A DNA stretch of 64,000 nucleotides from a virus. The notes beneath the pieces are model-generated. The model did no database searches. It was given only the letters and a program-made list of their open reading frames with translations, and was not told the origin of the DNA. The translations under genes and the position numbers were made by a program. The first letter of the stretch is position 1. Each line of letters opens with the position of its first letter. This document shows positions 47,853 through 56,550 of the stretch, one piece after another. Location of the stretch: IMG/VR virus record IMGVR_UViG_3300022903_000002, positions 32,001 through 96,000 of that record, one strand, 5' to 3'.

Positions 47853-48329
47853 TTAGTGGAGTCGCCACACGATGACGGCGAAGATCAGGAAGCAGATCGA
47901 GCGGGCGGGTCGCTGGATCAGCCATGCGGCTGCGTACAGCGCCCAGGACGCGGGGATCGCGATGAGGAAGCAGTGGATGCGTTGCGCCAGGCGGAGGAAC
48001 GGAACGCCGCCAGCCATGGGGGCGGCCTTCGCGTAGGCGAGGAGCTCGTAGGTCGACGCAGGGTGCTCGGCTTTGAAGCCGGAGTTGCGCCCGGGCCAGT
48101 TCCCGAGCTTCGCGAGGGTCTCTTTGGCTTGGGAGATCCACAGGTCGACGACCTCGTCTACGGCGCTGAAGTCCTCTTCCTCATCGGTGTCGGCGCCGCG
48201 TTCGCGGTCACCTTCGGTTACACTCTCCTCGCGCGCACCCGGGCGCGCCCGCGCGTCGCGCCCCTCCGTCGCGTAGGGGACCTCTTCTTCGAGCAACGGC
48301 CCGTTGCCCATTGCGCTTTGCCTCATCAC
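47853..48329 (-). CDS. Spd-like membrane protein
   Basis: C-terminal TMs, WLIQRPAR. Confidence 0.6.
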   Translation of the reverse strand: MMRQSAMGNGPLLEEEVPYATEGRDARARPGAREESVTEGDRERGADTDEEEDFSAVDEVVDLWISQAKETLAKLGNWPGRNSGFKAEHPASTYELLAYAKAAPMAGGVPFLRLAQRIHCFLIAIPASWALYAAAWLIQRPARSICFLIFAVIVWRLH

Positions 48330-48547
48330 TGCCCGTCACCTCCTTCCAGATACTGGATGCGCGTGTTGATGAGCCTGATCATCTGGTCGACCTCCGTTAC
48401 GGACAGGCCTGCTGGCAGGTCGGCGACGATCCGCCGCCAGCGGTCGAACTGGACCGCGACGCGCTCCTGCGGGGTCCGCACCCGGCGGGCCTTCCGGTCA
48501 AGGAGTGCCTGGCGTCGCTCGGCGCGTGCCTCGGATCGAGTGCTCAC
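48326..48547 (-). CDS. hypothetical protein
   Basis: Coupled ORF. Confidence 0.55.
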   Translation of the reverse strand: MSTRSEARAERRQALLDRKARRVRTPQERVAVQFDRWRRIVADLPAGLSVTEVDQMIRLINTRIQYLEGGDGQ

Positions 48548-48777
48548 GGGGTCGCCTCGACGTCTGACTGCTCGGCGTGAGCGCCCTGCGGCTTGATGTA
48601 GGTCCGGTACGCCCAGATGGCAGCGATGCCGAGTGTGATGATCACGATCAGCCCGACGAATCGCATGTACGTGTGGAGGTTGCGATCCATAGCGGTCGCG
48701 ACCACTCCGCCGGCGACCGCCCCGGAGATGGTTGCGGCAACAACGGTCGTGACCACTGGCCTGATGTTGGTGGTCAT
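48544..48777 (-). CDS. small two-TM membrane protein
   Basis: Two hydrophobic segments; coupled to neighbours. Confidence 0.6.
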   Translation of the reverse strand: MTTNIRPVVTTVVAATISGAVAGGVVATAMDRNLHTYMRFVGLIVIITLGIAAIWAYRTYIKPQGAHAEQSDVEATP

Positions 48778-50300
48778 CCGGTCTTCACCTCACTGGTCTG
48801 CTGGTGGTCTTTTGGGGTGGTCGCGTCCGCCTGGTCGTTGCCGCGGTGTCCGCCTCCGACCGGTCGCGGACCGGCCTCCTGGATCCGCTTGAGAGCCCAA
48901 CTCGGGGAGAACCCGAACCGCTTGGCGAGGGCACGCTTCGACAGCGGCGACCCTGCCTGGACACTGGCGAGGTACGCGTCCACTGCACGCTGGTTGTCCT
49001 CGGTGGATGGTTGCGGCTTGGTGGTCGCGTTCACATGGTCGCGTCCGGTCTTCCGGGTGGACTTCTTGGCCGGTCGCGTCCGGTTGGCCGGGTGGTCTTT
49101 TGGGGTGGTCGCGTCCGCCTGGTCACTGGACGCAGGAGGCTGGACGTTCGGGTAGTCGCGTCCACTGGTTTCGATGGCGGCGCGTCCGGTCGCGGTAGTG
49201 GTCGCGTCCACCGGTCGCGGGGTGGTCGCGTCCACCGGTCGCGGGGTGGTCGCGTCCACCGGTCGCGGGGTGGTCGCGTCCAGGTGGTCGCTCGGCCGCG
49301 TCCGGGTGGTCGCGGACAGGGTGGTCGCGGCGCCGTCCGTCCAGAACAGCCGGACGCGGGTCTTGGGTCCGGTGACCGGACGCGCGACGGTGGACGCGAC
49401 CACCAACCGGACGGAGGGCCGGCGGTCTTTCGCGAGCCGCTTCTGGTTCTTCGCGATCGCCCTCTTGCGGTCGATCCTGTCGATCTCCGTGACGGCCGCG
49501 GTCCACGCCTCGTCAACGGTTCTGATGCCGTAGCGGACCGCGAGGGACCATGCATGCCACGTGATGCGCGGGAACCGCAGCCACCGGAGGATCCCGAACC
49601 GCGGCCGGGCCTCAGCGACCTTCCCTTTCGCGCGCAGGTGCTTGCGGTGAATCAGCGAGGAGTACAGCTCCCACAGGGCGATGCCGACGAGGCTCATGGC
49701 ACCGTAGGAGACCGCTTTGGGGTTGGGGTCGAGGTTGATGTGCTGACGTATCGTCTGCGCGTTAAGGCGTTCGGTGACGACAGGGCAGGCGTGCCAGTAG
49801 TTCATCGCGCCGGCCGAGCAGGCGAACAGCCAAGTCGCGAACCGGAATAGTGCGCCCCGGTCACCATCTTTGCGCGCTTGGTGGTACATCCAGCCGGTGA
49901 AAGCGGTCGTCAGCTCCCATGCGGCGGCAAATATCAGGGCGCCGAGAAGGGGCCAGCCGAGTTTGTCGTGCGCGAATCCGATCTGCCCAATCCACGCGAC
50001 CGCCATAGGAGCGAGAATCGGCCCCGTGATCATGACTCGCCGACCGACCGTTGGCATTAGCGCCTGGATCTTCTTCGCAAGTTTCTGCCGGGCGTGCTGG
50101 CGTCGAATGCGGCGCTTCGCCTGTTCGTTGGCGCGGGTCTGCTTCTTCTCCTCGTCGAGGATCAGTTTCTGCCGCTCGCGCTGAAGGCGCAGCTGTTCCC
50201 GTTCGTGGCTGAGACGAACACGGGTCTCTTCGGTGATGCGTGCCTGCTCGGCGGAGACCTGGATACGGGTGGCTTTGCGGTCGGCGGGGATCTCGCTCAT
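48774..50300 (-). CDS. SpdB2/DUF2637-like spread protein
   Basis: N-terminal coiled coil, four TMs, RWLRFPRITW motif, repeat region, C-terminal HTH (LSKRALAKRFGFSPSWA). Confidence 0.72.
   Translation of the reverse strand: MSEIPADRKATRIQVSAEQARITEETRVRLSHEREQLRLQRERQKLILDEEKKQTRANEQAKRRIRRQHARQKLAKKIQALMPTVGRRVMITGPILAPMAVAWIGQIGFAHDKLGWPLLGALIFAAAWELTTAFTGWMYHQARKDGDRGALFRFATWLFACSAGAMNYWHACPVVTERLNAQTIRQHINLDPNPKAVSYGAMSLVGIALWELYSSLIHRKHLRAKGKVAEARPRFGILRWLRFPRITWHAWSLAVRYGIRTVDEAWTAAVTEIDRIDRKRAIAKNQKRLAKDRRPSVRLVVASTVARPVTGPKTRVRLFWTDGAATTLSATTRTRPSDHLDATTPRPVDATTPRPVDATTPRPVDATTTATGRAAIETSGRDYPNVQPPASSDQADATTPKDHPANRTRPAKKSTRKTGRDHVNATTKPQPSTEDNQRAVDAYLASVQAGSPLSKRALAKRFGFSPSWALKRIQEAGPRPVGGGHRGNDQADATTPKDHQQTSEVKTG
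48803..49330. repeat. GGTCGCG(TCC) direct-repeat array including a 24-bp tandem repeat
   Basis: GGTCGCGTCC at 48819, 49037, 49072, 49107, 49200, 49224, 49248, 49272 plus shorter GGTCGCG copies; about 34-bp duplication at 48803 and 49091. Confidence 0.9.
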
Positions 50301-50614
50301 GCCGCCACCTCGTCGCGTTGCTGCTGGATCTTCTGGCGTTCGTCGATGTTGTAACCGCCCCAGATGCCGTACTGGTCGTGACGGTCAAGCGCGTCTTCCA
50401 AGCAGTCGACACGGACCGGGCAGCCCTCGCAGATCGACCTAGCGAGCGGCGCACGCCGTCCCTTCGCCGGGTACCAGGCGTCCCCTCCGACGTCACGGCA
50501 CGCGGCGTCGTCCTGCCATTCGAGGCCCCGCATGTCCAAGGCGAGGGCATGGAGGAAGGAGGCGACACCACTGCCCCAGGGGGAGGATGCGTGGTGGCGT
50601 TGGCGGGCGGTCAT
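50297..50614 (-). CDS. whiB: WhiB-family Fe-S transcription factor
   Basis: WQDDAAC...ICEGCPVRVDC...GIWGG. Confidence 0.9.
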   Translation of the reverse strand: MTARQRHHASSPWGSGVASFLHALALDMRGLEWQDDAACRDVGGDAWYPAKGRRAPLARSICEGCPVRVDCLEDALDRHDQYGIWGGYNIDERQKIQQQRDEVAA

Positions 50615-50617
50615 GGC

Positions 50618-51061
50618 TCAGACCTCTTCGTTCGCGTTGTCGGGGAACAGCTCGGCGTCCAAGGCGGCGAGCCACTCTTCGTCCTTGCGGGACAGTTCGA
50701 CGGTCATGGACTCGGGATGGCCAGCCGGCGGGGCGTCGAAGGAGCGGACGACGCTGCAGCAGGAGCAGGTCTCCCCGTACTGGCGGAGCTCGCCATCGGT
50801 CACGTACTCCAGCGGCACCCAGCCGTGCCCGTCCCGGACGCAGTCCTCGATCTGCGTGCATGACGCGCACAGCATCTGCAGGGACCCGTCCGGCTGCTCG
50901 GTGATCGACCACATGAAGTCGACGGGCAGGAGGCGGAGGGCCGTACCGCGGGAAGTGAAGAGCGGCTGGACGTCCTCGTAGCCCTTCCACCAGTCCGGTC
51001 CACACATGTCGCAGGTTGCGGTGGTCGCACCATAGGTTTTGCCGAACGTCATCGGGTTCAC
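50618..51061 (-). CDS. Cys-rich hypothetical protein
   Basis: Multiple CxxC motifs. Confidence 0.6.
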   Translation of the reverse strand: MNPMTFGKTYGATTATCDMCGPDWWKGYEDVQPLFTSRGTALRLLPVDFMWSITEQPDGSLQMLCASCTQIEDCVRDGHGWVPLEYVTDGELRQYGETCSCCSVVRSFDAPPAGHPESMTVELSRKDEEWLAALDAELFPDNANEEV

Positions 51062-51173
51062 CTCCCGTTGGTGGTCGTGTCGGTGGTCTGGGTGTTGTCG
51101 GCGGCCTGCTGCTCGAGCTGGCGACGCAGGAACTGCTGATCGACTCCGTGGCCGACCGGGTCGGTGTAGGCGC

Positions 51174-51554
51174 TCATGACCGACCTCCTTCGGCGCGGGC
51201 GGGGTAGTGGTCGCCGAGGTGGTAGCGCTTGTACGTGCCCTCTGGCACGTTCAGGGAGTGCCGCTTGCCGTTCTTGCCGCGAACCACGAGGACCCACACA
51301 GACCGGCACTCCACCGGGAGGGGCATCTGCTTGCAGTACGGGGCGGGGCTCACCATGCGCAGGGAGCGTCGAGCGGTGACGACACCGGTGATGTTGGGCT
51401 TCGTCGTGGGCCTTGCGCTGGTGGGCCCTGGGTGGGTGGGTGCTGCGCTCGGAGGCTTTGTGGGCTCCGTGCGCGGCGCCGAGCCGGTGCTGGCGCATCC
51501 AGCCGTACCTACGAGCAAGCCAGCGGCAGCGACCACGCTGATGAGTTTCGTCAT
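51174..51554 (-). CDS. lipoprotein
   Basis: Signal peptide ending GTAGC. Confidence 0.65.
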   Translation of the reverse strand: MTKLISVVAAAGLLVGTAGCASTGSAPRTEPTKPPSAAPTHPGPTSARPTTKPNITGVVTARRSLRMVSPAPYCKQMPLPVECRSVWVLVVRGKNGKRHSLNVPEGTYKRYHLGDHYPARAEGGRS

Positions 51555-51691
51555 GCCGTCACCGCCCGGTCAGGGTGGAACTCGTGGTCGACGTCAGCGG
51601 CGCGGACGGTGTGTCCACCGTCGTCCCAGCAGTCGAACTGGATCGGGCCGCCGGTCAGGGACGTCTGGTGAATTGGGCAACGAGCGTTCAT
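51551..51691 (-). CDS. 46-aa small protein
   Basis: Hand-translated MNARCPIHQTSLTGGPIQFDC..., overlapping both neighbours. Confidence 0.55.
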   Translation of the reverse strand: MNARCPIHQTSLTGGPIQFDCWDDGGHTVRAADVDHEFHPDRAVTA

Positions 51692-52311
51692 CGGACGTCA
51701 CCGCCCGCGCTGTAGAGCGAAGCGATGACCTCATCGAGGTCGACGCCATCGTCCGCACTCAGATCCGAGAACGCCGGATCGGTGCTGTAGCCGTGGCGTC
51801 CCAGCACCTCACTGATCTCAGCGAGTGCCTCGGTGGCGTTCGCCGGGACCGGCCCGCCGCTCCCGCTGAGGCCCTCCACGATCCGGCTGACCGAGCCGGC
51901 GAGCACCGCCAGATCCATGTCGGCGCGCACCGCGGCGGGAATCCGCAGGTTCGGGTGAGGGGCGTGACCCTCGTGCTCGTGGCACTCGACCGTGGTGACG
52001 ACGAGGGAGTGAGTGGTTCCGCGGGTCTCGACGCGGCCCGTGGCGGTGACAGTTGGCGGTTGCAGGATCCTGCCCGGTCCGCGGACCGGACCGATCAGAT
52101 CACGGAACTCCTGGTAGTAGAGCGGGAAGACGATGATGCCGATGGATACGTGTTCGCCGCTCAGGCGGAACTCTGCCCAGTCGTTGCCTTGCCTGGTGCG
52201 GTGGGGGCTGTGGCCGTTGAGGATGCCGGTGACAGTGACGATCTCGCCGTCCTCGTGGAGACCGGCAGCGATCGAGGTGATCGACGGTCCCTGGATGGTG
52301 TAGGTCTTCAT
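51688..52311 (-). CDS. OB-fold nucleic-acid-binding protein
   Basis: VTVTGIL...TRQGNDWA...IIVFPLYY, similar to the DnaE C-terminal OB fold. Confidence 0.6.
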   Translation of the reverse strand: MKTYTIQGPSITSIAAGLHEDGEIVTVTGILNGHSPHRTRQGNDWAEFRLSGEHVSIGIIVFPLYYQEFRDLIGPVRGPGRILQPPTVTATGRVETRGTTHSLVVTTVECHEHEGHAPHPNLRIPAAVRADMDLAVLAGSVSRIVEGLSGSGGPVPANATEALAEISEVLGRHGYSTDPAFSDLSADDGVDLDEVIASLYSAGGDVR

Positions 52312-52577
52312 CGGTTCGCACCGCCGTCCTCGTCACCGAGGAACGTGCCGAGCACCTGGATGCCGTTCGAGATCGGAACCTCACGGACCGCAGGCTTGGA
52401 GATGCGGTCGCGGATCACGGAGACGAAGATCGCCAGGACGATGGCACCGAACGGGACGATCAGAATCGACGCTTCCGTGTAACGGATCCATGCGGGTGCG
52501 CTCATCGGGGTGAGGAGTGTGAGACCGAGGACCGCGTAGTAGGCGCCGACCGCAACGGTGGGCTTGTAGAGGGTCAT
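52308..52577 (-). CDS. two-TM membrane protein
   Basis: GGGAGG RBS; hydrophobic segments. Confidence 0.6.
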   Translation of the reverse strand: MTLYKPTVAVGAYYAVLGLTLLTPMSAPAWIRYTEASILIVPFGAIVLAIFVSVIRDRISKPAVREVPISNGIQVLGTFLGDEDGGANR

Positions 52578-52688
52578 GTCGTCACCTCCCGTTCTGGTGT
52601 TGGGTCTTGTCGTACTGGTCGCGGAGGAAGTCGCTCTCGCTGCTGTCGAAGTCGTCGCCGTAGTGCATGACGATGGGGAGGGCACGCA

Positions 52689-52916
52689 TCAGGACACCCC
52701 CGGCAGGTTGCGCTGGTGCTCCATGCCCATCGCGAACGCACCAGCGACGGCAGCGAGGAAGCCATCGACCTCGTCGGTGACGTCCGCGCCGTTCAGCTGA
52801 GCGTCCAGCGCGGCAGCGAGAGCGGTCACGTTGATGGAGGCGGGTACCCGGAACTGCGGGATGCTGTCGTCGTCCGCGATGGGGCGAGGAACGCCATGCT
52901 CTAGAGTGAGTGCCAC
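52689..52916 (-). CDS. hypothetical protein
   Basis: GAGAGG RBS before GTG. Confidence 0.5.
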   Translation of the reverse strand: MALTLEHGVPRPIADDDSIPQFRVPASINVTALAAALDAQLNGADVTDEVDGFLAAVAGAFAMGMEHQRNLPGVS

Positions 52917-53160
52917 AGGATCGGTTCCTCTCGTGATGGGGCGGTGACAGGTCCTGCTCGCCCCGTTCCGGTGTTCGCGCACCGGGCGGGGCTTCTTGCT
53001 GTTCGCGAGGGCGGTCACCATTCGGCTCGCCCCACATCGGTGATCTCTTGTTGACACCGGCAGGTCTGGCAGAAGGCGGTCTCGCCGATCGTCCACATCG
53101 ATGCACTACCGGTCGGCCACAGGTAGTGGGCGCAGACGAGCACGACTCGTAAGGCAGCCA

Positions 53161-53379
53161 TCAGGCGACCGCCTCAGGTAGTGGGGGGCTGATCCGACGC
53201 CGCTCCAAATATTCGGCGACCGACTGCTTGTAGATCTTGATGGGGGCGTTACGGGCAGGCCCCTTGACGGCCTGAAGCTCCCCGTTCCTGACGAGCCGCC
53301 TCACGGTCCACCGTGAGAGATGAAGCTCTTTGCAGGTCTCCGCTGTCGAAAGGAACACGTTGCTACCCTCGCTCTCCAT
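53161..53379 (-). CDS. xis: excisionase/Cro-like HTH protein
   Basis: LSTAETCKELHLSRWTVRRLVRNGEL; divergent from the repressor. Confidence 0.75.
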   Translation of the reverse strand: MESEGSNVFLSTAETCKELHLSRWTVRRLVRNGELQAVKGPARNAPIKIYKQSVAEYLERRRISPPLPEAVA

Positions 53380-53470
53380 GTAGCAGTACGCTACAAGATG
53401 CACCAAGATGCTGCAAGGGGGTCTGGCCAAGAGGTTGTTCCAACTTGTTGCAAGGCGCTACAACAGACCT
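53379..53470. promoter_or_regulatory. divergent promoter/operator region (genetic switch)
   Basis: TGTAGC..GCTACA inverted repeat; CAAGATGC and GCTACAA each occur twice. Confidence 0.5.
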
Positions 53471-53824
53471 ATGAGCGCAGATGAACCGGGCGCCCGTTTC
53501 GCAGCCGAGGTCGACGCCAGACGGAAAGCGATGGGTCGCGCGGTCGGGTGGCTGGAGGATCGATCGGGTATCGCTCGCAGCACGGTTGGCCGCTGGCGAA
53601 GAGGCCTTGCTGCGCCAACACCAGAGCCGGTGATCGCGATTGCCGATGCCCTCGGCATGGACCGGACGACAGCGCTGCAACTCGCTGGGCTCTCTCCGGC
53701 GATCGCGGTGGGTGAGGCGGGCGAGCCGATGGCGTTGACCAGGATTCACATTGATGTCCTGCTGGCCGAAATACGTAGGCGAATCCCCAATGCTGACGAC
53801 ACTGCGTCTGAAGGCTCGGACTAG
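53471..53824 (+). CDS. XRE-family HTH repressor
   Basis: LEDRSGIARSTVGRWRRG..P..VIAIADALG. Confidence 0.8.
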   Translation: MSADEPGARFAAEVDARRKAMGRAVGWLEDRSGIARSTVGRWRRGLAAPTPEPVIAIADALGMDRTTALQLAGLSPAIAVGEAGEPMALTRIHIDVLLAEIRRRIPNADDTASEGSD

Positions 53825-54002
53825 TAAGTGGTGGCAGGTTGTGGTTTCTTGGCGCACGACACCACCGTCCGCCTTGCGGGCGAACCACTGCCATGTAGCA
53901 AGGCTGCAACTCGCTGCAGTAACCATGGAGGGATACTGCAGTTCTGTGCACCATCCGCAGTTACCCTGCAATTACACGTTGAGAAGCCTCTAGGGAGGCG
54001 GG

Positions 54003-54665
54003 ATGGACCCGGCTCAGGAGTGGACGGGGCGCACAGCCACCGCGCTCCGCAAAGCCCTACGATTGACCGTCGACCGGTTCGCCAGCCGACTCGGAGTAGC
54101 ACCGCGGACTGTCGCGAATTGGTCAGCGCAGCCCGATATGGTCCCGCGCGTAAGCGTGCAGGACGCACTCGACGACCTGCTCGGCCAGGCGACTCCCGCC
54201 GTCCGAGAGCGCTTCACGGAACTTGCTGATGGCAATGAGGGTGCGTCGGTAGGCCATGCTCAATCGCTCCGTGTCGCGATCTCGGTGGTAACCCGGAATC
54301 GAGACGTGCTGCTCGTGAAGCGCCGTGATGACGGGGCAGGGATCTCTTGGCAGTTCCCGGCCGGCGTCATCAAACCGGGCGAACGCGGCGAAGACGTAGC
54401 CGTGCGGGAGACCCTTGGGGAGACCGGCGTTCACTGCATCGTGCAACAGCCGATCGGCTCCCGGCTCCACCCCGTGACGGGTGTGTACTGCGACTACTAC
54501 GCCTGCGACTTCCTCACGGGAGAAGCAGTGAACCGGGATACCGTGGAAAATGCCGGTGTCGCATGGGTGTCGCGCCAGGATCTGACCCGGTTCGTCGCCC
54601 GTGACAAGGTGTACCCGCCGATCTTGCGCTTCCTGGAGGAACAGCGTGACGCAGCCCACCGATAG
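54003..54665 (+). CDS. HTH-Nudix fusion protein
   Basis: N-terminal XRE-like HTH; degenerate Nudix box GVIKPGE...VRETLGETG. Confidence 0.82.
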   Translation: MDPAQEWTGRTATALRKALRLTVDRFASRLGVAPRTVANWSAQPDMVPRVSVQDALDDLLGQATPAVRERFTELADGNEGASVGHAQSLRVAISVVTRNRDVLLVKRRDDGAGISWQFPAGVIKPGERGEDVAVRETLGETGVHCIVQQPIGSRLHPVTGVYCDYYACDFLTGEAVNRDTVENAGVAWVSRQDLTRFVARDKVYPPILRFLEEQRDAAHR

Positions 54666-55083
54666 CCGCCCCGTCATCGCAGCGGCCGTGATCGTCAAAG
54701 ACGGTCGCTTCCTGCTCGTGCAGCGGGCCGTCTCGGAGGGCAGCCTGTCGTGGCAGTTCCCGGCCGGCGAAGTCGAGCAGGGCGAATTGGTAGAGGACGC
54801 GGCTGTTCGGGAGACCGCCGAGGAGGCCGGGCTCGTCGTTGTCGCTAAGAGCAGGCTGGGGGAACGGATCCATCCCGCCACGGGCCGCGAGATGGTCTAC
54901 GTCGAGTGCGAAGTCATCGACGGAGAAGCGCACGCCGCGGACGATGAGGAGATCGCTGCAGTCTCCTGGATCCGTCTCGACGAGATCCCCGAGTACGTCC
55001 CCTACGGCTTCTACAGGCCGGTGCACGAACACCTTGCCGAGAGGCTGGGAGGCGGACCGCGCGAGCGCACCACCGGCGAGTGA
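54646..55083 (+). CDS. Nudix hydrolase
   Basis: Complete Nudix box GEVEQGE...AAVRETAEEAG. Confidence 0.88.
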   Translation: MTQPTDSRPVIAAAVIVKDGRFLLVQRAVSEGSLSWQFPAGEVEQGELVEDAAVRETAEEAGLVVVAKSRLGERIHPATGREMVYVECEVIDGEAHAADDEEIAAVSWIRLDEIPEYVPYGFYRPVHEHLAERLGGGPRERTTGE

Positions 55084-55097
55084 AGTTCGGCTCACCC

Positions 55098-55126
55098 GAA
55101 GCCCTGGCCTAACGGCTGGGGCTTCT
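55098..55126 (+). terminator. hairpin terminator
   Basis: GAAGCCCTGGCC-TAAC-GGCTGGGGCTTC. Confidence 0.6.
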
Positions 55127-55442
55127 GTCATCTCTGGGGTCGATGTAGCAGCGGGGCGCTGAGAGCCACCAGGAACTCCCATATGGCTCGGACCTATAGT
55201 CGCCCATGAGCAAGGGGCTTTGCGGCCCGCACGTTCCTCCTGGGTGTCGTTTTTGAGGGCATGGCGAAACATGCGCCTCGCTGTCGAAGGCATAGCAATG
55301 GACTCCGTCCTCTCGGAGCGCCGTTCTCGCGTGCGCACGCGCGAGGGGCTCCTGGAAGGGGAAGGGGATAGGGGAAGGGGAAACCAATACTTCCCACCGT
55401 TACTACTCCCCTTCCCCTGTGCCCGACGGGTATCCCTCGCTT

Positions 55443-55758
55443 AGGGTTCCCGGAAGGGTTCGCTAAGGGTTCTTGGAACCCTTAGCGAAGGGTTGTGACC
55501 TGCAAGGACGCTGGTTCACGGGCTTGCGGCGAACCATGACCTCCCGCCCTCGAAACGGTTGGCCGAAATAGGGGTAGGAAAGCTGCAAAAACAGGGCCGG
55601 TGGCCGCAGTCAGCACGTCCGGTTGTGAGCCTCGTGAACTGCGAGCAGGAAAAATGCGGCAGGGCTTATGTTTCCCCAGGTAGAAACCCCCGGCGAAGGG
55701 TTCCCGTAACCCTTTATAGAACCCTTGGGGGAACCCTTAGAGAAGGGTTGTGACCTGC
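55443..55758. repeat. AAGGGTT/AACCCTT iteron-like clusters (candidate origin)
   Basis: About 10 copies in two clusters; palindrome TTCGCTAAGGGTTC-TTG-GAACCCTTAGCGAA; 29-bp near-perfect direct repeat at 55475 and 55730. Confidence 0.75.
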
Positions 55759-55868
55759 GCTTTCGCGTATCTCGCGCACAACACTGAGAAGGACGCTGAT
55801 CGGCGCGTGGTGGACTACCTGATCGAGCATGACCGGCGGGATCTGCTCGCGCCAGCCGTGTCCCGCGG

Positions 55869-56075
55869 CTAGACCCGCACGCCGTGGATCACCCAAGGGC
55901 GAATCTGGTCCTGCGTCGCTGACCCGCTGTACACCGATGCCGCTACGTTCGCGAGCGTTGCATGGACCTGGGCCTCAAGCAGAAGGTTCGTCTTCGTGGT
56001 CTCGTTCTTCTCGAACCTCGCCTTGTTGAGGAGGCTCTCGGCTTCCTTGACGTGCTGTGGTCCGTTCATCGCCAT
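55869..56075 (-). CDS. small conserved protein
   Basis: GPQHVKEAESLL...AQVHATLA motif. Confidence 0.6.
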   Translation of the reverse strand: MAMNGPQHVKEAESLLNKARFEKNETTKTNLLLEAQVHATLANVAASVYSGSATQDQIRPWVIHGVRV

Positions 56076-56226
56076 GTGCTCATCGTGCCCGATCGTTAGC
56101 TCTGCGAGCACCTGGTGACCTATGGCCGGTACCGGACCGATGCTTGCCCGGCCAGTCCCGTGAGCCCTGAAGGTGGCTGGGTTTAACGTGACGAACCGAG
56201 ACGAGATCCGATCAAAGGAGATCGCT

Positions 56227-56550
56227 GTGACTACTGATGCGCGCTCCGGCGCCGCCCCCGCCGAGAACCCCCAGGTCGATCGGGCCATGGCTGTATACGA
56301 CAACCTGAACGCGGCCGAGCAGCGTGAGGTGTTCCGGACGGTCTACCGTGCCGTGGCCGAGTACGGCCGTACACGCCACGTTGACCACCTCATCCGCCTC
56401 GCGGAAAGTGTGGAAGGGATGGTCCGCATCGAAAGTCACGACCCGGGCGCGCGCGAAGCGATCCGAGACAGCGCCAGTCGGCCGCTACCTCACAGCGCAG
56501 CCGAGGGCACTGACCTCGATGACGTGATCAAGGAGCTGCGGGAGGCGTAA
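56227..56550 (+). CDS. hypothetical protein (possible antitoxin)
   Basis: AAGGAG RBS; acidic C-terminal helix; TAATG-coupled to the next gene. Confidence 0.6.
   Translation: MTTDARSGAAPAENPQVDRAMAVYDNLNAAEQREVFRTVYRAVAEYGRTRHVDHLIRLAESVEGMVRIESHDPGAREAIRDSASRPLPHSAAEGTDLDDVIKELREA

Noticed and set aside
49190-49285. 24-bp tandem repeat as a CRISPR array
   Set aside because: No unique spacers, lies within a CDS, and no cas genes are present
46053-52482. Long plus-strand ORFs (46053-47345, 48804-49850, 51229-52482)
   Set aside because: Antisense to a coupled minus-strand operon with recognisable proteins
55194-55397. Intact replication initiator gene
   Set aside because: Only a short linker-like stretch with no initiator domain
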